From positions 19,034,001 to 19,098,000 of the forward strand of contig OX597827.1 in the NCBI GenBank assembly GCA_951406725.2: a stretch of 64,000 nt of DNA, read 5' to 3'. A program made the translations under genes and the position numbers. How positions within the stretch are numbered: position 1 is the first letter of the stretch; every line of letters begins with the position of its first letter. The DNA comes from Octopus vulgaris. Its lineage: Eukaryota. The notes under the pieces are model-generated. The model ran no database searches, was not told the DNA's origin, and was given only the letters and a program-made list of their open reading frames with translations. Shown piece after piece: positions 57,675-64,000 of this stretch.

Positions 57675-58108
57675 CTTTCTTTACTACCCACAAGGGGCTA
57701 AACACAGAGAGAAGACAAACAAAGACAGACAAACGGATTAAGTCGATTACATCGACCCCAGTGCGTAACTGGTACTTAATTTATCGACCCCAAAAGGATG
57801 AAAGGCAAAGTCGACCTCGGCGGAATTTGAACTCAGAACGTAGCGCCAGACGAAATACCTATTTCTCTATTACCCACAAGGAGCTAAACACAGAGAGGAC
57901 AAACAAAGACAGACAAACGGATTAAGTCGATTACATCGACCCCAGTGCGTAGCTGGTACTTAATTTATCGACCCCGAAATTAATCGCCGAGGTCGACTTT
58001 TCCTTTCATGGTCGATAATTTAAGTACTAGTTGCGTACTTGGATCGATCTAATCGACTGGCTCCCTCCCGCCAAATTTCGGGCCTTGTGACAAGAGTAGA
58101 AAAGAATA
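57675..58108. mobile_element. Cluster of SINE family B pieces (two minus, one plus)
   Basis: Repeated cccacaagg(g/a)gctaaacacagagag...gtcgattacatcgaccccagtgcgta; orientation switch at ~57980. Confidence 0.85.
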
Positions 58109-58144
58109 TATTTAAATTAATGCTTTATACAGTACTGTACTGTA

Positions 58145-58321
58145 TTTTTATTTATTCTTTTATTTGTTTCAGTCATTTGACTGGCGCCATGCTGGAGCAC
58201 CGCCTTTAGTCGAGCAAATGGACCCCAGGACGTAAACACACCAGCATCGGTTGTCAAGCGATGTTGGGGAACAAACACAGACACACAAACACATACACAC
58301 ACACACATACACACGCACTCA

Positions 58322-58398
<77 letters not shown>

Positions 58399-58550
58399 GA
58401 CCGGCTTCTTTTAGTTACCGTCTACCAAATCCACTCACAAGGCTTTGGTCGGCCCGAGGCTATAGTAGAATACACTTCCCCAAGGTGCCACGCAGTGGGA
58501 CTGAACCCGGAACCATGTGGTTGGTAAGCAAGCTACTTACCACACAGCCA
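58145..58550 (-). mobile_element. SINE family A, internally deleted
   Basis: Matches the consensus. Confidence 0.9.
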
Positions 58551-58911
58551 GGCGTGAAATGCTTATTTTATCATAGAAATAATTCAAATCTAAAAAAAAT
58601 ATAAATACCAATCGGCCGCAGAAAACCGCGATATAAATCTACATATATTAGCCAGAAAAATACGCGGTGTACTGAGGGCGCGATAGGTGAACCGCGATAT
58701 GGCTTGTGGTTAGTGTATATTTATTAAACACTAAAAAGTTCTATTTGGTTTGTGTTAGTTTCTTATTTCAGAATTACATTTAATGGCAAAATTGACATTT
58801 TATGGTAAAAAATTGAATTTTTGTTTAACAAAAAAAACTTGCGCGATAGAAAATTTGAGGGCATTTCTGAACCCAGCACCATCAAATTAGATAGGACTAA
58901 TTGTAAAAAAA

Positions 58912-59255
58912 AGTGAAGGCGCATGGCTCAGTTGTTAGACCATCGGGCTCACAATTACGAAGTAGTAAGTTCGATTACCGGACCGGGCTGTGCGTTGTGT
59001 TCTTAAGCAAGAAACTTTATTTCACGATACTCCAATAAACTCATCTGTAGAAAGGAGCTGCGACATCACTGGTGTCAAGCTGTATCGGCCCCTTTGCCTT
59101 TCTCTTGGGTAACATCGGTGGCGTGGAGAAGGGAGGTTGGTATGCATGGGCGACTGCTGGTCTTCCATAAACAACCTTGCATGGACTTTTGCCTCGGAGG
59201 GTAACTTTCTTGGTGCAATTCCATAGTCTTTCATGACCGAAGTGGGTTTTTACCC
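58912..59255 (+). mobile_element. tRNA-headed SINE family D
   Basis: Head gtgaaggcgcatggctcagttgttag..agttcgattacc; the body is the reverse complement of 61975-62307. Confidence 0.85.
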
Positions 59256-59477
59256 TTTTTAATTGTAAAAAAAGCAAGGCAACTAAAAGTTTATTTTGAA
59301 AATGTTCTTCGGTGTTATCGATTAAATGATAAAAGAAACTGATCACTCCTATTACTAATGGACAAACAATACAACTGTGCTTATTCAGAGAGTAAGCTGT
59401 AGGAAAAAATAACTTGACGTGCTGATAGAAGAAAACTGCCTATAGTTTTGAATCAGCATGCCAATTATGTTCTAAAT

Positions 59478-59733
59478 CAGTTCTCCGCAAACCGGTATGT
59501 CGTGGCATCTCTGTACTTTTAGTTATATTTTTAGCTCAGGTGTGCCGCCGAATTTTGAAAAAAATATATGTGTACCGCAAGTGTGCCACGATACGATGTT
59601 AGATGTGCTGCAGTGTAACCTGAATATAATTTCTTTCTCTGTACTTCTAGTTATATCTTTAGTTCAGGTGTGCCGCCGAATTTTGAAAAAAAATATATGT
59701 GTACCGCAAGTGAAAAAAGGTTGCAGGACACTG
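59478..59733. mobile_element. hAT-like MITE with an internal ~60-bp duplication
   Basis: Ends CAGTTCTCCGCAAACC / GGTTGCAGGACACTG; caggtgtgccgccgaattttgaaaaaaa..tatatgtgtaccgcaagtg occurs twice. Confidence 0.55.
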
Positions 59734-59803
59734 GTCAAAACCAAGGGAAAAAACAAACTCAACAGAAGACATTCCTTTCAAAATTGTTCCCGTTTTATCA
59801 TTA

Positions 59804-60168
59804 ACTAGCACTACGACCCGGCAACGCCGGGTCATAGTGCTAGTGCATGCATATACAGCTGCGTGTGTGCACACATACACGCAACTGCTGTCCAAATCTC
59901 CGACCAATCACATACAGCTAGCTGGCATTCAATTGGCGTATCAAGTTTCGGGCATTTTGATTGGGTTTTGGATAGAAAATTCACAAAAAAGTCACTTCTA
60001 TTGATTTTTAATGGCTTTGCGGGGTGACTGGGGAAATGTAAAGATGTGCACGACCACCCTTGGGCGGTTTTTAATGACCATAGAATGTGCAAGCCCTCTA
60101 ACTGAAAAATTGTGGATTTGTATAAAGGACACACACACAGACATTTTGCCGTTTATATATAGAGAGAT
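59804..60168 (+). mobile_element. Non-autonomous Helitron/Helentron-like element
   Basis: 5' hairpin ACTAGCACTACGACCCGGC-AAC-GCCGGGTCATAGTGCTAGT; 3' end acacagaca...tttatatatagagagat. Confidence 0.55.
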
Positions 60169-60465
60169 ATCACTGAGGTTTGATCCTTCCGAAATGGAAA
60201 CGAATACCAGTAATATGATGCGGTTGATTAAATCTATGACACTCGTCACCTTAAGCGTGCGGCTTAGGAGTTGATTTAGAAATCGATATCAATGTGATAT
60301 TAATTTACTTTGGCGGTCATAAATTCAATAACTCCCTGCCAGATGTCGCTTTTTCCTAATCCTTCAACTTTGTACGTACACACACAGAGACACCCACACG
60401 CACACACACGCACGCACGCACACACACACATAAAAACACATACATGTATGTACACATTCATTCAG

Positions 60466-60520
<55 letters not shown>

Positions 60521-60803
60521 AACACATACATGTACAAGTTGACACAAACAGACATACATACACACACTCACACATATTCATATGGACGCACACGCAGGGA
60601 CATACATATACATACATATTAACACAAACAGACACACAAACATACATGCATTCATTCTCACTGACATACACTCAAACAGACATACACATACGCACTTTTT
60701 CTTTTGTTTGTTTGTTTTTTTGATAAATGGGATCTCCGTCTATTTTGACGATGAATATTCAAGTTGTATGATCAAAATGCTCTACCGACTCATTGACTTA
60801 TAG

Positions 60804-61891
60804 CAGTGTTTCTCAACCATTTTTGTACCAATGGACCCCCTCTGGTTCCCATTTTACTTTGATGGACCCCACAAGCCTTGTGTTTTTGTAATTGATGTCT
60901 TGCAAACAACTTGCACATGCAAGTGCTACCAGTCAAAAACTCCGCATACCGGAAGCCAGCAAGTGTATGGGGTCATCAGGAAAGAATGCGCGCCGTTTCG
61001 GGGCCTACCTTTCGACGGCATCAATGCGCACCGGCCCCCCTCACTGATATGAGGCCCAGCTTGCTAGATCAGCTGGTTATCAAATAAAGCTCAATATCCT
61101 TCTAGCCATCGCTCATCGTCTCTTTTTAACCAAATCCAGTGGCTAGACTTCTCCACTGTAGATTGGATATCGGTCATGGTGGTATTGACTTTACGATGAG
61201 ATAGGACTGGCGATAACAACGGTCGTCTCACACTGGGTCAAACGAACCCTCTACATCCGACGTCGATAGGAAAATGTTCCGCTTTCCAGCCTGCGTCTTC
61301 ACATTCCTCGAGGAGGTTTACATATTATTAGATATTGTATACTCTTTTACTTGTTTCAGTCATTTGACTGTGACCATGCAGGAGCACTGCCTTTAGTCGA
61401 GCAAATCGACCCCAGGACTCATTCTTTGTAAGTCTGGTACTTATTCTATCGATCTCTTTTGTCGAACCGCTAAGTTACGGGGACGTAAATACACCAGCCT
61501 CGATTGTCAAGCGATGTTGGGGAGAGGAACACAGACACACAAATATATATACACACATATATATATATATATACATATATACGACGGGCTTCTTTCAGTT
61601 TCCGTCTGTCAGATCCACTCACAAGGCTTTGATTCACCTGAGGCTATAGTAGAAGACACTTGCCCAAGGTGCCACGTAGTGAGACTGAAGCCGGAATCAT
61701 GTCGTTCGTAAGCAAGCTACTTACCACACAGCCACTCCAACGCCTATATAAAAATATTGTTAAAATATTTTGTGTAATGTAGAAGTATAAGCAATTTATT
61801 GCACATAAACTTTAACAACAGAATCTTATATGGTCCTCCAAGTGTCATATGGACTACCAAGGGTCATGTGGACTCCGGTTGAGAGCGATTG
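60804..61891. mobile_element. hAT/Charlie-like non-autonomous element with nested insertions
   Basis: Ends CAGTGTTTCTCAACC / GGTTGAGAGCGATTG; exact 8-bp TSD ACTTATAG (60796-60803, 61892-61899). Confidence 0.8.
61340..61748 (-). mobile_element. SINE family A nested in the hAT element
   Basis: Matches the consensus. Confidence 0.9.
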
Positions 61892-61974
61892 ACTTATAGT
61901 GTAAAGGACCAAGTACTCCACAAATACGTATACCCTTTCCCTGATACCGTGTGACAAGTATTTGAATTCGGAGA

Positions 61975-62307
61975 ACCCCCTTCGGTCATGACTGACCATG
62001 GGATTGCACCTCGGAAGTTACCCTCCCAGGCACAAGTCCGGGCAAGGTTGTTTTTTATAGAAGACCAGCAGTCGCCCATGCATACCGGTCTTCCCTCTCC
62101 ACGCTACCAGTGTTATCCAAGGGAAAAGCAAAGGGGCCGATACAGCTTGGCACCCGTGACGTCGCAACTCATTTCTACAGATGAGTGAAATGGAACAACG
62201 TGAAATAAAGTGTCTTGCTCAATACCGCAATACCGGTCAGGGATTCGAACTCACAACCTCACGATCGTAAGCTTGACGCTCTAACCACTGAGCCATGCGC
62301 CTTCACA
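61975..62307 (-). mobile_element. SINE family D
   Basis: Homologous to 58912-59255. Confidence 0.85.
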
Positions 62308-62427
62308 ATTACAATTTGAATTACAAGTGCAATATATCTGATTGTTTGCTGTAAGCTTTCTTTCGGCTCAGCTTCATTTCCAAAATGTGGGTTGGCGGGA
62401 GATTCTGGTAAAAGACATCTGCTACTA

Positions 62428-63204
62428 GCACCAACACCACCAACGCCACAAACACCAACATCAGCAACAACAACACCGCTACTACCTCCGTATCACAACC
62501 ATCACTACCACCACCAGCCACAACCATCACTACTACCACCACCACCATCACCATCACAACAACCACCGCCACAACAACAGCAACAACTACTACCACCACT
62601 ACAACAACCACAGCCAACACCATTACCACCACCACCGCCACAACAACAACAGGAACAACCACAACCACCACCACCATCATAACTACCACCATTATCACAT
62701 CCGTCACCACCACCACCACCACCCACCATCACCTACAACCACCGCCACAACAACAACCACTACCACCACCACGAAAACCACCACCAGTACAACATCAACC
62801 ACAGCCAACACCATTACCACCACTACCACCGCCACAACAACAACAGCAACAACCACAACCCCCACCACCACAACCAGCACCACTACCACCACCACCACCA
62901 CCACCACAACAACAACAACAACAACAACCACAACAACAGCAACAACCACTACCACCACCACGAAAACCACCACCACTACAACAACAACCACAGCCAACAC
63001 CATTACCACCACCACCGCCACAACAACAGCAACAACCACTACAACCACCACGAAAACCACCACCACTACAACAACAACCACAGCCAACACCATTACCACC
63101 ACCACCGCCACAACAACAGCAACAACCACAACCCCCACCACCACAACCCCACCACCACAACCAGCACCACCACCTCCACCTCCACCACCACCACCACCAC
63201 CACC
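62428..63204. repeat. (ACC)n/(ACA)n degenerate array with higher-order repeats
   Basis: ccacagccaacaccattaccacc recurs at ~62607, 62799, 62988 and 63078. Confidence 0.92.
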
Positions 63205-63566
63205 TGTTATCAATCCCATTAATAAAAATCCGAAGATTTGAAAACTCCATTTTTCACGGTGCTTTTATTTTTGTTTTCGTCATTGTTTCTGTGTTGAAAT
63301 TCTCCGTTTGGTTAAATCGATGAAGTTTCCGGAATGTCCAACTTAGGTGTGGGTTTGGAGATGGCAGAGGTGATGGCGGTGGCGGATGTGGGGGAGGAGG
63401 GAGAAGAGTGTTTGAGCGTTACGGTTTTAGAAATGGTATTGGGGAAGAAGGACTTGTTGCAGGTCACGGGTGGGTGGCACAAAATTAAATCTTGTCTGGC
63501 AAATCATAGAATGAAATTAGAAGGACGGGTTGAGTATGAAGAAAAATGTGTGTGTGTGTGTGTGAG

Positions 63567-63618
<52 letters not shown>

Positions 63619-63690
63619 GTGAGTGTGTGTGTGTGTGTGTGTGCGTGTGTGTGTGCGTGTGTGAGTGCATGTGTGTGTGACTGTGTGTGT

Positions 63691-63730
<40 letters not shown>

Positions 63731-63776
63731 AAGTGAGTGAGTGTGTGTATGTGTGTGTGTGTGTGAGTGTGTGTGT

Positions 63777-63819
<43 letters not shown>

Positions 63820-63891
63820 TGTATGTGTGTGTGAGTGTGTGTGTGTGTGTGAATTATTCATAATCATATATGTATATATATATATATATGT

Positions 63892-64000
63892 AGTGAGAGC
63901 GCATGGCCTAGTGGTTAGGGTGTTGCAGTAACAATCGCAAGACCGTGGTTTCAATTCTTTGACCGGGAGGTGAGGTGTTTTCTTGAGCAAGACACTACAT
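63892..64000 (+). mobile_element. tRNA-headed SINE 5' end (family C/D head), truncated by the window edge
   Basis: gcgcatggcctagtggttaggg...ggtttcaattc...cttgagcaagacact. Confidence 0.75.

Overview
Repeat-saturated, AT-rich eukaryotic non-coding DNA. The SINE families and microsatellite load look like an octopod cephalopod (Octopus); this is inference. No intact host protein-coding gene can be supported, and almost all listed ORFs are read-throughs of simple repeats. The window contains many copies of several tRNA-headed SINE families and decayed retroelements (RTE/BovB-like, Tx1-like, and a Penelope-like RT). It also contains DNA-transposon remnants (maT DD37D, mariner, Chapaev3-like, Helitron/Helentron-like, hAT MITEs) and five copies of a ~420-bp GG-ended MITE with 8-bp TSDs and internal TTAGGG repeats. 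The most notable signal is a set of non-coding elements from several unrelated families, most flanked by (TA)n tracts, that each carry a minimal type-I hammerhead ribozyme motif with a palindromic stem III. These include a perfect motif at 25333-25377 (-), a tandem dimer near 37.0-37.3 kb, an inverted-repeat element beside the Penelope RT, and a 2.27-kb direct/inverted array of a ~618-bp unit bounded by an apparent TSD. Together they suggest a Penelope-mobilised, retrozyme-like system.
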